Source: Octopus sinensis (Eukaryota). From it: a stretch of DNA of 64,000 nt. Positions 50,947 through 64,000 of the stretch are shown piece by piece. The notes beneath the pieces are model-generated. The model ran no database searches and was not told the origin of the DNA. It saw nothing but the letters and a program-made list of their open reading frames with translations. The DNA lies in the NCBI RefSeq assembly GCF_006345805.1, contig NC_042998.1, positions 170,748,001-170,812,000 on the forward strand, in the 5' to 3' direction. Position numbers and translations under genes: made by a program. The number at the start of each line of letters is the position of its first letter. The first letter of the stretch is position 1.

Positions 50947-52989
50947 TATATATATATATATATATATATGTGGATGTACATATGCCAGAGTGTATGTGTG
51001 TGTCCTTGTCTTGACATTGCATACTTGTAAATGAGGTCACTGTCATACAAGCAGTATCATCCATTTCTTAGTTCTGTAAAAACATGGTTTGCCATGGGGA
51101 AATATTACCTTGCTCGAAAACCCATGAGGGTTGGTGACAAGGAGGGTATCTGGTTGAAGAAAATCTGTCTTAATAAACTCTGTCTAAATCATGTGAGCAT
51201 GGAAGAAATGTGGACGTTAACACAATGATGTTGTTGTGTGGTAAAGAAGCTTGCTTCTTAGCCATGTGGTTTCAGGTTCAATCTTACTGCACAGCACCTT
51301 GAGATTCTATTATAGCCCCCAACTGATGAAAGGCTTGTGAGTTTAAATTGGGTAGATGGAAACTGAAAACATCTTTTGGTCTTGACATTGTGTGATGATT
51401 CTAAACAAGCACCATTTGTTTCCATTCATGGATGAAAAACATTTGGCCATGGAGATATATTACCTCACTTGGAAACAGGTGAGAGTTCATTACAGGAAGA
51501 GCATTCATTTGTAGAAAATCTGCAAGTGTTGCAAAGGGGACACTAAAATCACAATAATGATACGTGTACGTGTGATTAGTGCGCATATATACTAGCTTAA
51601 AATGTGGACTTTTAAGCTAGCTCCTGTGGCTCAAAACTAAAGGGGAGCAGTAATAGAACATTTATTGGTACCCTTCCAATATGGTATTTCCTTAAATTCA
51701 GTTTAAATGAAACTGATATTAACACTGTATTTGACTAATTTGTCAGTTTGGCACCTGAAAAATTTCTTGTCTTTGATGACTGCTCTAGGATGTTTTGTTT
51801 CCAAATGCCTCTTTAGCCTGCTGGGCTTCAGCAAAGAAGCTACCAAATCTCAGAGCACATAGTAGTTTTTCTACTACACCAGCAGTAAGCACAGTGAAAC
51901 TGAAGCTCAAATATGACTTGTCATTTCTCCTTTTCATTGTAAAAGACTCAGTTACTCTTCAGTGAAGTGTTAACACATTAACAGCAGCATTCTCTATCTG
52001 GGAGTAATGAGATTTGATGGTGTTAGGTTATAATTGAGGCTGAATGGGTTGTAGTCTGTATGGGTAATGGATATTAAATACCCTGCCTGCCTTTGTGTGT
52101 GTTGAGCATCCAGTCTTCAGGTGGTATAGCTTAGCTGTCAGTGGCTTGAAATTCAAGGAAATTGGTCCAATGATTGCAGAGTCTCCAGATGAAGCACAAC
52201 AGGGAGATGGAATTTTCATTGTCCTTGCACCTGAAGGAATGCATATGTTGTGTTTACATTCTTTTAAAATCATTGACTGTCCTGCACCATTCCAGTGATC
52301 TCAGTGATCAACTGGTACTTATCGTAAAAACCCATGTAATTTGCGCAGGTGATTTTCATGATAAAAATTGCTTTAAAAAAGCTTCTACTCATGTAAAATT
52401 CGCACCCAAAAGTTTTCAGAATTGCTGATATGGGCTGACGGAAAAGGTTTTCAATTTAATTGTATTTAGCATAATTTCACTTACTTATGATTAGATTTTA
52501 TTAAATTTTCATTAAATAAAAATAATTTCTGTTTAACAAGTATCACATTGAAAGCTATTAAATTACAAAGTGTTTGTATTGTTTACAATAAACGTTATTT
52601 TACATTTCTTGCCCACAAGAGATCATATCCAATCTTTAGCATACTTCTGTATGTCTTCTCAAATCATGATCACAGGAAAAGGTGTTGATAATTCTTATCA
52701 ACAAAAACAAAACTGATAAATACACACAAATATTGCAAAATAAGTTTAATTACTAATAAACATTAGCTTGGATTACACTTTACTCAAGCGACAGAGGAAG
52801 GTGACTGATCAAATTGATTATGTAAACAGAATTGTGATTGGTTGAAAGTGTCTTCTTGACTCAAGCTCTGATTTTCTACCTATTCCTGTCAGAACCTTTG
52901 ATATGGTGTATCAAAATTTTAATCCCTTTCACTCTTATAAAGTGTCAAGCAAACTTTAAAATTTGTCATTACCGTTTTAGCCGAGGATG

Positions 52990-53545
52990 TAGTCAATCTG
53001 GCTGGTGTGTCTGCCAGAACAGTAGGTGACTAGGTGACTGGCAGGTTTCCTGAAGTTAGTATTGCAAACCATAAGATCATTTGCATTGCAGAACTCCAGC
53101 AGCCTGGTTCCCTCCTCATTGCAGGAACCAAAACCATAGCCTCCATGTACACCATGGAAGCCTCCTGCATGTTGTCCAACATGTCCATTGAAGTCACCAG
53201 CCACAAAGAGAAGGTCCCTGTCATTTGTGAACAAGGTAGTCTGCAAGAGGGTGTCATAAAATCGGTCTTTCTGTCCATCAGGTAGCCCCAGTTAAGGGGC
53301 ATAGGCTGAGATAATGGTTGCTAACCCATGATGAAGCACTAATCTAATCTTAAGTATTCTGTCGCATACTTTGACTACCTTGATTACCTTATCAACCCAT
53401 TTCTCCGCAAGAAGTATACCCACGCACCCAACCCCGTCAGTGTTCCCTGCCCAGAAAATCTTATACCTGTGTTCTTTGCCTGTGAGGAACCTCCTCTCCA
53501 CCTTACTTTTGGAGGCAGCACAAATCAACACATCTCCATTCAAGT
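52990..53545 (-). mobile_element. RTE-clade apurinic endonuclease fragment
   Basis: VAGDFNGHVG, NEEGTRLLEFC, SQIDYIL and ISAYAP motifs. Confidence 0.85.
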
Positions 53546-53559
53546 ATCTCAACAAACTC

Positions 53560-54221
53560 ACTGAACTACAAGGCACAGAACTTGGTCAAGACCTGGCTGG
53601 AGGCTGTCTTGAAGGAGGTCCTGACTGAAGTCACCTTTTTGGGTAAGCAGGTCTTGATTGACCTGTTCACGAAGTATAACACTGCCATTCCATTTAGTGC
53701 TGCAGTTGAGTGCCTATTCTCTATAGGCAAAGATAGTTTGAGGGCCAAGAGAGCCACCTTGTCAGGTGGTAACTTCGAGAGGCTGATGTTCATGAAGGGC
53801 AACCAGCATCACATCGAGGCAATGGAGAAGGCCAAGCCAGAGTAGTACACCTTGATTATCATCTGATCTATGCTATACTATACCTTTTTGATTCGTTTAA
53901 TACTTTTTGTACAGTAAATAAAGTGTATGTTGACTGAAAACGAATGTTTAATTTAATTTTGTTCTTTTAATTCTTTGCTTACATCTTGATCATTATCTGA
54001 TTTTGGCATACTATACCTTTTTGTCTAAACTACAACATGAAAATTTCAGTTCTCTAGGTCTGTTTTAGAGTCAAAAAACCAAACCGAAACTAAGTTCATG
54101 TGATAAAAGTTAGCGATTATCATTTAGCGTTAGCTTCCGCCTTTCTTTTTTTTACCTCTTCAGCGATTTAGCGTTTGCGAAACTAACTTTTATTATTTAG
54201 CGGTTAGCGAGCCCACCACTG
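53560..54221 (+). mobile_element. hAT transposon 3' fragment (C-terminal dimerisation domain plus TIR)
   Basis: LFTKYNTAIPFSAAVECLFSIGKDSLRAKRATLS..NFERLMFMK resembles the hAT dimerisation motif (SSA..ERLFS). Terminal ...GCGAGCCCACCACTG at 54207-54221. Confidence 0.75.
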
Positions 54222-57179
54222 TATGTATATATATATATTGTCAGTAAATCATAAATCTGAAATGGAAGCATACTTTAAATTATAGAGCAGTAGAGTAATT
54301 TGATAGAGATAGCTATGGGGTTATTCTAGTTCGGTAAAAAGAGATTGATAAAATAGGCTTAAAAAAATATAAGTACTTGGGTTAGTCTGGTACGGCCCGT
54401 TTCCGCCTACTAAATTCACTCAAGATATTGGTCAGCCTAGGCCTATAGCAGGAGATATTTGATCAAGGTACTGCGCGCTGGAAATGAACCCCAAACCATA
54501 TAGATGCGAAACGAGCTTCTTAACTACACAGCTATACACACACACAAACTCCCTTTCTTTATTCTTGTTTCAGTCACTGTATCGCTGTTGTGCTGGGTCA
54601 CTGTCTGGATGGGTTTAGCCGAACAAATCGATACACTCGCGCGCACATACACACACACACGCATCACATCTTTTTCCCCTTGGCGGACGCATCAGTGTGT
54701 GGGTGGGGGGAAATAATCTTCCTTGAACAAAAGTTTTTTTTAGATAGTTCACCTATTTAATTGAATTCTTATTTAAACATGTTACTTGACTTTACGTATC
54801 ACGTTACAGATTTCAAAAAGGAAGTTGTTTTAGAAATGTATTTAAGCTTTGTCTATTAAATTGTAAATCATTATTATAATTAACTTTCATTCCAATAAGG
54901 AAGAAAAATATATTTGTGGAAAAATATAAAATCCCTAATGTTTAATCTTTTCAATATGAAGTAAATTTTCCCATTCTATTCAATTATAAACAACTACCAA
55001 CGTGCGGTGTTTCAATTCTCTGCTCCTACCTTTTCTCTCCTTGTACAATGGTCACGCCAGTCTCATTTATCACACCTTATTCTGAGACTTAACGCTTATT
55101 TTAGTCGTCTTAACTTATGAACATCCCAACAGATTGTCTATTCTAATTTCATGTATCAGACTCGAATAAGAAATTATTATTAAAAAAATTAATTATACCA
55201 AACTATGTTTTTTTTTTCCTGTTTAAACGTTGTATTTTCTATTGTACAATAATTTTAAATGTTATTTTAAAGAAAAACTGGGGAAAAGGAAACATAATTC
55301 TAACCATTATTTCAAATCCTTGTTTATTTATGTTTGTACTTTGAGGAATATTTTATGAACATATTAAGGAGAAAAAGTTATTTTATAATAAAGTAGAAAA
55401 TATTTTACTAAGAAGATTTATGAAAAATACGGTTTGTAAAATGTGCAAATAGTTTGGATCTTGTTAAACCCATTCATACAACATTATTTACGTCTCTCAC
55501 ATGCATCCATATAGACGAATGTACTTCTATTTCGAAGTAATTTAGGAATAAAGAAAAAAAATGATTGAAATCACACAGGCTGTCACATAAGGAAATAGAT
55601 TGATTATAAAGTTTTACTTCATTAAACAGTTCCTTTATAATTAATTATTGTTCTGCTGTTTTTTTCCTCCTTCAATAATTATGCAAGTAGGTCAACCCCA
55701 GTGAACCACCAACGACAACAAAAAAAAGTTGGGTTAGGCAGCTGCCTGCTTGCTTCTCGATCACGCGAACTTTGTGAGTAGAAGTAAACCACACACACAT
55801 ATTCACATCCAATTTTTTTATGGCTCGGCTGTTGAAAGCTAGCTAGGTAGCTCCCTTAACGGTGACCCACAATTCAGCTCTAACAGCTGCAACAGGAAGG
55901 GATCAACCGAGGAAGGAATGAGTGAGAGTAAGTGGCTCAATCTAAACTGATTTGATGGTTGCCTGCTTGCTTCATCACTCTGTAGCTACATGCCTGCTAT
56001 TGTTGTTGCTGCAGAGAAGACAATACGTGACCCCTGTTTCGATTCCTAGTCAGAAATTTTTCCACGTATGTGATTAATATCGGAGAAAGTGTTAGATACC
56101 ACCATTTCCTTCACTGTCATATAGTGACAAATAAGAAAATATTACCCTTATTATTTTTATTATTCCTAACAATCATATATTTCTATAATAATCAACATCT
56201 ACTAAATCTGTTTTAAAAAAATTATATGATGATTCAGGAATGGAAAATTTAAATAAAAGAAGTTTGAAATTTCAAACGTCTTTATGTAACATATATTTTA
56301 GGAAAGAAGTAATTTGAACTGATATTCGAATTTTAAAAAAATCAAACTTTTAAAATTATGTTTGTTTATATTTATTCAATTCGGAATTCCCCACTATATT
56401 TCAAAATTAAAGTTTTACTAATCTGAAATACCAACCCCCCTTCTAACTAAATGGAAGTTTCAAGGTCGCAGAGTTCATCAATAGTTTAACTACCATCGCT
56501 CGTCCGACTGACTGGCAATGTGTGAAAGAAGTTTGTGTAAGCTGCATATTACATGTCTTTGTGTTGACTATTATTTTCTCAAGGCATCCAGTAGTGTCTG
56601 TTGGGCGGTTAACACAAACACACGCACACACACACACGTCTATGTGTGTGCTGTGAATGCTCTGAACACTTACTCTGCTTCCCTGACAGTCTTCAAAAGT
56701 CTTGTTCATTCTCCTTCCTTCTTCCTTTCTCCCCATAAAAATAACCTAACTTTCTCCTCTCCCCTTCCTAATATTTTCTCCATACGTCTTTGTGTTTTTG
56801 TTATATGTCTCGCTCGAGCAGTGTGCTTTGCACTGTTGTGTTTTAGCCCCTAGTCAACCCCTGATCTAACAAACCTATGTTCAGAGACGTTGTAGCCGTA
56901 ACTATCCGCCTTTTCTTGTTTTTTTTTTTTTTTTTAGACATAGTGAATCTAGAATTAAAGACGTTCGGGTGAACTTCGGCTACTATTTCTAGCAGACAGA
57001 GCGACTGCTTTACTTTCCATTGTTTACTTGTGGTCTTGTACTGTGTATGTTGGTTTATGTGTTTGTATAATTGAAATAAGCTACACACACAATATGCAAT
57101 GAATACAGAAACCGATATATATTTACATATAAAGCCTGGTTTCAGTAATGTCTGGGATGGTCAGAATGCTTAGTTTGCT

Positions 57180-57585
<406 letters not shown>

Positions 57586-57586
57586 A

Positions 57587-58508
57587 CAGGGTGGGGCAGA
57601 ATGAGTAAAATTTACTGCATTTTCGACTTGGAGAAAAAATTATTTTTGTACAAATGTTCAGACCTTACAAAAGCAATACCAGCTAAGCAAATTACCTTCT
57701 TTAAAAGCATTTAAAAAACACTACAACATAATCTGAACGTTACTTCAGAGAATTAATCTTCGTTCTCTTTGTGTATATAAAAAAACATTTAGCTGGAGTG
57801 AAATGAGCAAGACCAGATAAGCTAAATCTGCCTCTTCACTTCTCTAAAATCACATTTTAGAAAAGACTCATACACCTTAATATCCATCTTTAGACATCAG
57901 AAAGCTCAGATATACAACAAAAATTTAAAATATCTAGGTCAAATGAAAGAAGCTCAGGGAAAAATGGCACATGATATGAAATTAACGAAACTTGACTAAA
58001 TAAAAATAAATTCAACATAAAATGTTCTCTATAGCTTCTTGACGATCTTTTGGAGTACCACTCTCCCCGATATATTGATGCTCCTTACTGTTAAAGAGAA
58101 AGAATTATTAAAATTAGCCATTACTCATTTTGCCCCAGTTTAGACTTAATTCTTTTGAAAGTTGAAAAGTATCAAAATAGACATTAATGTGGGGAAAATT
58201 GGGTTGGAATCCAACAGAGAAAAGAATATTGATTGTTAAACACCAAAAACTATCCAGATATTTTATTAGCAACCTCAATTACAATAGGGTTGAGGAAATA
58301 TTTATTTAAAAAAAAAAAGATACCAGTCACCTATGTTTTGAACTCTCTTAACTTCAACAACTATGCTGACCAATTTTTACTTCCAAAGATGATGCAGCAG
58401 TACAAAATGATGCAATATTTGCAAAGTAACAGTTTCCATAGACAGGGAGAAAATAACGAGAAATTAGAAATTACTCATTTTGCCCCAGTTACCAATTTTG
58501 CCCCCCTA
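57587..58508. mobile_element. Possible non-autonomous DNA transposon (pogo-like TIR motif GGGGCA.AATGAGTAA)
   Basis: Motif on + at about 57590 after TA, and inverted at about 58121 and 58471-58505. Confidence 0.4.
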
Positions 58509-58542
58509 CACACATTAATATACATACATCATATATATATGT

Positions 58543-58580
<38 letters not shown>

Positions 58581-58581
58581 G

Positions 58582-58640
<59 letters not shown>

Positions 58641-58642
58641 AT

Positions 58643-58680
<38 letters not shown>

Positions 58681-59524
58681 TCATATATGTATTTTAAAAA
58701 ATTTGCGTCATTTTAATTTATATTTTTCAGCAATATAATTTTATTTTAAAAAAGTTGTAAATTCATAGCTAGCCCATTCCAGCAAAAATAAGTGTTAAGC
58801 AAATTCAACGGAAAGCAATTGTTAGAAAGAATAAAACAAATACTAAATCTAAAATGTACTTTAATAACTACGATAAATAATAACTCTATATAATACCGAA
58901 AATACAAGCAGAGGATCGTTGGAGTTAAGCTTAGGGTCAATTAAATCTTGAGTAGTTAGAATTGTTTATTCTATTCTTCTTTACAGTTTACTTTTTATGT
59001 TTCTACCGGTTTATTTGACCATCCTGTCAGGAGCCCGAGACAACTACTAACAGAATGAAATAACACAAGCAAAAGATATATTCGTCGTCCTTATAAATTC
59101 TCTGTTCGCTCTCACACACACTTCTTTGCCAGACATAAATAGTTTCTGTTTTCGGCACAATGCTAGCAATTTTGAGATAGCAGCTGTCGATATAATCGAA
59201 CCCGGTACTTAACTGGAACTTTTATTAAATCGATCTCTGAAGGAGGAAAGGCAAAGTTGATACCGGTAGGATTTGAACTCGAAGCTTAAATAGGCGAAGC
59301 ATTTTTTCCGATGCTCTAACGATTCTGCCATCTCTGTGACAGATATCTATAAACAGATACTTTTCTTGATATATAAATAAACGTTGACTACATATACATT
59401 TCTCACAGTTACTTTTATACACACACATATTTTTCTATCCAAGGGGTTTTTAACCCCCAATATTCACGCATTATTCATAGCTTTATCTACTTCGAGATGC
59501 ACTGTTCCAAAAATACTATATATA

Positions 59525-59594
<70 letters not shown>

Positions 59595-60421
59595 GGATGT
59601 ATATATATATATTAAACTTCTTAATATTTTTTGATAGTTATATATATTTAATTTTTAAAAAATAAATATAAAATAATAAAAAATAAAAAAACAAAAAATA
59701 AATATAAAAATTTATTAATTATAAATTAATAATTTTAATTTTAAATTTAAATAATTTAAATTTTTTAATTTTATATTTTATATATTTTGTATATTATATT
59801 AATTATTTTTATTTTTATGTTTTTCACTGTTTGATTTGCTTAATAGTGGTTTTCTCTAATTTATATATATATATATGCATCACTCTCTCTCTCTCAGGTA
59901 TGCAAACGTCCTTTATTCATACATAATCATTGAAATAATATGTAACATTAAATATATTACAAATCTCTTCAACACTATCATGCATACAAAGACTCCGGCA
60001 AGCGCTTTGTAAATAAAGGGAAAGAACCGATGTAATCAATCTAGTTGGTAACTTCCCTTGTCTTAACTTGGGTCAGCTTCCTTATCAAAGCTAAAATGAT
60101 TCTAAATTTAGCTTTCACCAACTTAGTTCTTCAATCCCCTCAGATCAATAACGCAAGTTCTGTAAATAAACTGGACTCGATGCAGTCGGCTATTATACCT
60201 ATAAAATTGAACATGGGCCTAAGATATCTCGTTGTTCAGACTTCGTTATAGAAAATGTTGCAATTTGATTTCAACTTGTCTGATTTTCACAGGAGCGTGG
60301 ATTGGCGCCTTGACGCGCGGGAAGCATGTTTCAATTGTGATCATCCTGTCTCTTAAAAGCGTTCCAAACATGAGCATCCCGTTTCTTAAAAATATCCCCA
60401 AACTTGGTCATAGTGTGTTTA

Positions 60422-60937
60422 TCTATATATATAAAACTGTAGTTGTGTGAGTGTCTGTCTCCTACGATTTAGATTCCTAACTCCTCCCACATTTTGCGGT
60501 GCAGTTTAACCAAATTCGGGTATCTTATAGTCGTGATTAATATCGAGCCCGTCTGACTATTAGCGCACGTCTACGATGAGTCTACGATTTAAAAAATAAT
60601 TTAACATCATTTTTTTATTCCATTTTAATGCATAATTTTTCGTGTCGATGGCGGCGGAGTTGGCGTCCACGCTCAAACACCTGCACCTGTGTTTGCTTCT
60701 CCCCCTTCTTCCCTCCGTCGTGAAGCTGTGGGGAAGGGAGTGTAAGGAAATCAACGTCGTAATGCGTTGTCAAGGAGACCAGCGTTCTTTTAGAACAACG
60801 ACTTCATGGCTTGAAGACACCAAAACAGAAATGGCTAACAAAGCCCGAATTGGCATCTATAAAGGAAGTAACTCTCTAAAAATGCTTATATAGTTATTTC
60901 CCTTACAAATCCGAGCAACGCCGGGCGATACTGCTAG
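60422..60937 (+). mobile_element. Non-autonomous Helitron
   Basis: Begins A|TC, ends CTAG|T, with a subterminal hairpin CCGAGCAACGCCGGG just upstream of CTAG. No TSD; CpG intact. Confidence 0.75.
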
Positions 60938-61779
60938 TATTTAAATACAAATGTTCCAACTGTGACCGTCTCATCTTTTTTTTTAAGCCTAATTTATTTT
61001 CCCGCATATCACCCCCTATCGTCTTTATTAAACATAATTTAGCGTATCGGTTGTGTTGTTCGAAAAATGAGAAAATAGGATGGCCCAAAGGATTAGAACC
61101 GACATGGTACTAAATTATAATAACAGCTTCGTGAATGCGTATGTGTACGTACAGCTGTCACCCAACATGCTAGAAATATATATAAATTTACTTGTTTAAT
61201 TAATCCCTAGGGAATATTGAAAAATAAGTATTATCTAATTCAGAGGCAACAAATATAATGCATTGCAATACAATTACCTGAATAAAAAAAAATTAATGCG
61301 ATGGTCATGAAAAACAATTGATGTGCTCATTATTCATTATAAGTTTACTGGAACAACAATAAACTAATAATAACAGATCCAGCGCAGTTAACGAGGAACA
61401 CTCTACGCGACCACTGGATCGGCTTGAAATAGAGATAAATCTGGAGGAAATATGGAATTTAATAGATCATTACGTAGTCTGTCGATTAGCATCTAGATAA
61501 CCGTAAACCAGCAAATTTCGTCATCAAATGCATTTCAATAATGATTTGGCTGCTATTTCTAGCAGATCAAATGTCTGCATAGAGAATTTTTCATTGGCTA
61601 AAACGAATCTGTTGTTGATCTTTGGGAAAATGTCTTGCGGTATTTAACGTTATATACACTATGTGTGTATATACAAGCACACACATACACACACATATTG
61701 ATAGGTGGTTGGAACACGTTTGGAAAAAATAGACAAGGTGGACTAATGAGATAGTAACATTTGGAATGCTTTTAAGATT

Positions 61780-62030
61780 TTTAAGAGACAATATTGAGAC
61801 TCAACATCTTCATAAACCAACACAGGAATGGCTTGATAAAGAAAATGATTATCTCACAAACTTTCAGTAACAAATTTTATTATCTAGCAAATTCAGTAAA
61901 TTCTATGGACTTGCCAAAATTCACAAAAATAGAACAATTAACAGATACTACCCTCTGTTCTCTCAGCCTTAGATATACAAGGGATTTGATAAACTAGTCT
62001 ATAAATTAAAACTGACCCCATAAAGACAAA
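61780..62030 (+). mobile_element. Penelope-like RT N-terminal fragment
   Basis: ttctatggacttgccaaaattcacaaa encodes FYGLAKIHK, matching the PLE FYGLPKIHK motif. Confidence 0.6.
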
Positions 62031-62164
62031 AAATCAGTGGTAGGCAGAGTCTTCTTCATAATTTTATGTATCTGTGAGAGTATGTATGTGGGTGATTTGT
62101 ATGTATATATATGTGTATGTTTAATTGGGGGGAAACTTTTTTATTTCAATTAAGTGTATAATAA

Positions 62165-62214
<50 letters not shown>

Positions 62215-62703
62215 GCACAGGTGTGGCTGTGTGGTAAGTAGCTTGCTTACCAATCACATGGTTTCGGGTGCAGTCTCACTGCGTGGTACCTTGGACAAGT
62301 GTCTTCTATAGCCTCAGGCTTGTGTGATAGACGGAAACTGAAAGAAGCCTGTTATATATGTATATATATATATGTGTTTGCTTGTCCCCTCACCATTGTT
62401 TGATAGCTGATGTTGGTGTGTTTCTGTCCCCATAACTTAGCGGTTTGGCAAAAGAGACCGATAGAATAAGTACAAAGCTTACACAGAATAAGTCCTGGGG
62501 TTGATTTGTTCAACCAAAGGTGGTGCTCCAACATGGCTGCAGTCGAATGACTGAAACAAGTAAAAGAATAAAAGATTGATATATACACATACGCATACAT
62601 ACACACATATACATCATATACACAAACATACATATATGTATATACATACATACACATATATATACATACATATACATATATATATATATATACATACATA
62701 TAC

Positions 62704-62744
<41 letters not shown>

Positions 62745-63179
62745 CACTTGGTGCAAGCTGAGTGGGAACCTGGGGCCAACCAAAATTATGCCCAGTTGGG
62801 CCCCGCACCTCCCAAGACCTCGGTGGAATTTGAACTCAGAAGGTAACGGCAGATGAAATACCTATTTCTTTACTACCCACAAGGGGCTAAACAGAGGGGA
62901 TAAACAAGGACAGACAAAGGGATGAAGTCGATTACATTGATCCCAGTGCGTAACTGGTACTTAATTTATTGATCCTGAAAGGATGAAAGGCAAAGTCGAC
63001 CTCGGGGGAATTTGAACTCAGAACGTAATGGCAGATGAAATACCAGTAAGCATTTTGCCCGGCGTGCTTGCGTTTCTGCCAGCTCACCACCAATAACAGA
63101 TGTTATTGTTTTTGCCGGTGTTAAAGGTATGTCGTGCTAGAAACTCAGTTTGACACACGATCCTTTCGGTTTCACAGCA

Positions 63180-63560
63180 GCCTCCTACCAGGCAATGAGC
63201 ATCCTAGTTAGCGCCCCTAGGACACAGGAAGATGCGGGTTGTTCATGCAGGATCTGAAGCAGTTGCCCAGAAAGGAGATATGTGACATTACTGGCCAGCC
63301 ATATCTGGCAATTACGAGATGAAGAGATTCCATACTTGATCGCATGGAAAATATTTGAGAATCCAGGCACCTACATCAACGGGATGAAATGGTGCAAATA
63401 ATGCATTGCTGAATGTACGAGGATCCTTAAAGACGCATTCATGCCAGAGGGCATCCTGAACTCCAGGACAGAGATATTCAGGCCATGCTTGCATTTTAGA
63501 AAAAAATTTCTGGCTTTTTGGAATCTGCATGGTGACACCGCAGCTGGAAACCAATAGCCA
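63180..63560 (+). mobile_element. Penelope-like GIY-YIG endonuclease C-terminal fragment
   Basis: TLLASHIWQLRDEEIPYLIAWKIFENPGTYINGMKWCK*CIAE resembles the PLE T.LS..IW.LK....Y.I.W.I......Y......C.LC..E pattern. Confidence 0.6.
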
Positions 63561-64000
63561 AGGCCAAAGGAAGACAATCATTTACCTTCATGGCATTTTG
63601 GTGACTGCAAGATGGTAGCGTGGCTGAGGATTAATGGACAATGGCAAAGGGAGATAATCACCTAGGGTTTTACCCTTAAAAACGAGGCTGTTCCCCCTCC
63701 ATATTTTAAAGAGGTCTCAGGCCAGTAGGGTTTGGATTTTTTTAGAGAAACAATACAAATAAATTATAAATTGTAAAGCTCTAAAAGAAATGGCAGATGC
63801 TAAAAACCTACATATATGTTTTTGTTCATGTCCCCTGGTGATATGTAATTCTAAGCATTTGGGTAGAGTAATATGCTAAGAATTGGTATTATTTTCAACT
63901 ATATGGGGCAGAATCTCGTAAGCTCATAAAGCCCTGATGAGATTCTGTCCTATATACCAATTCTTAGCATATGACCCTACTCAATTGCTTAGAATTACAT

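Noticed and set aside
63903-63953. CTGATGAG motif within a hairpin
   Set aside because: The motif is part of a short inverted repeat (GGGCAGAATCTC/GAGATTCTGTCC) with no GAAA or NUH; probably a MITE footprint.

Overview
AT-rich, repeat-dense animal genomic DNA. The SINE/RTE repertoire and (TA)n/(ATG)n load suggest an octopus or other coleoid; this is inference, not a database match. Two host genes can be read. (1) A minus-strand RluA-family pseudouridine synthase (RPUSD1-like): 4 coding exons, 282 aa, with the catalytic HRLD exon at 16251-16374 missing from the ORF track. (2) A very small plus-strand PIG-Y/Eri1-like gene: main coding exon 48319-48444, probable first exon ending at 41361, missed entirely by the ORF track. 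The two appear to share a short head-to-head promoter near 41.0-41.2 kb. The rest is mobile DNA: RTE and CR1/L2 LINE fragments, at least four tRNA-derived SINE families, Tc1/mariner/maT, hAT, a Helitron, a probable solo LTR, MITE-like foldbacks and Penelope-like fragments. The most notable signal is a set of minimal type-I hammerhead ribozyme motifs. The best is a pair of 213-bp direct repeats 352 bp apart (23580-24144), each carrying a hammerhead in the sense orientation of the RPUSD1 intron, which resembles a retrozyme/Penelope pLTR unit. Further motifs lie at about 3.34, 6.85 and 42.24 kb. All motif and alignment calls were made by eye; no searches were run.
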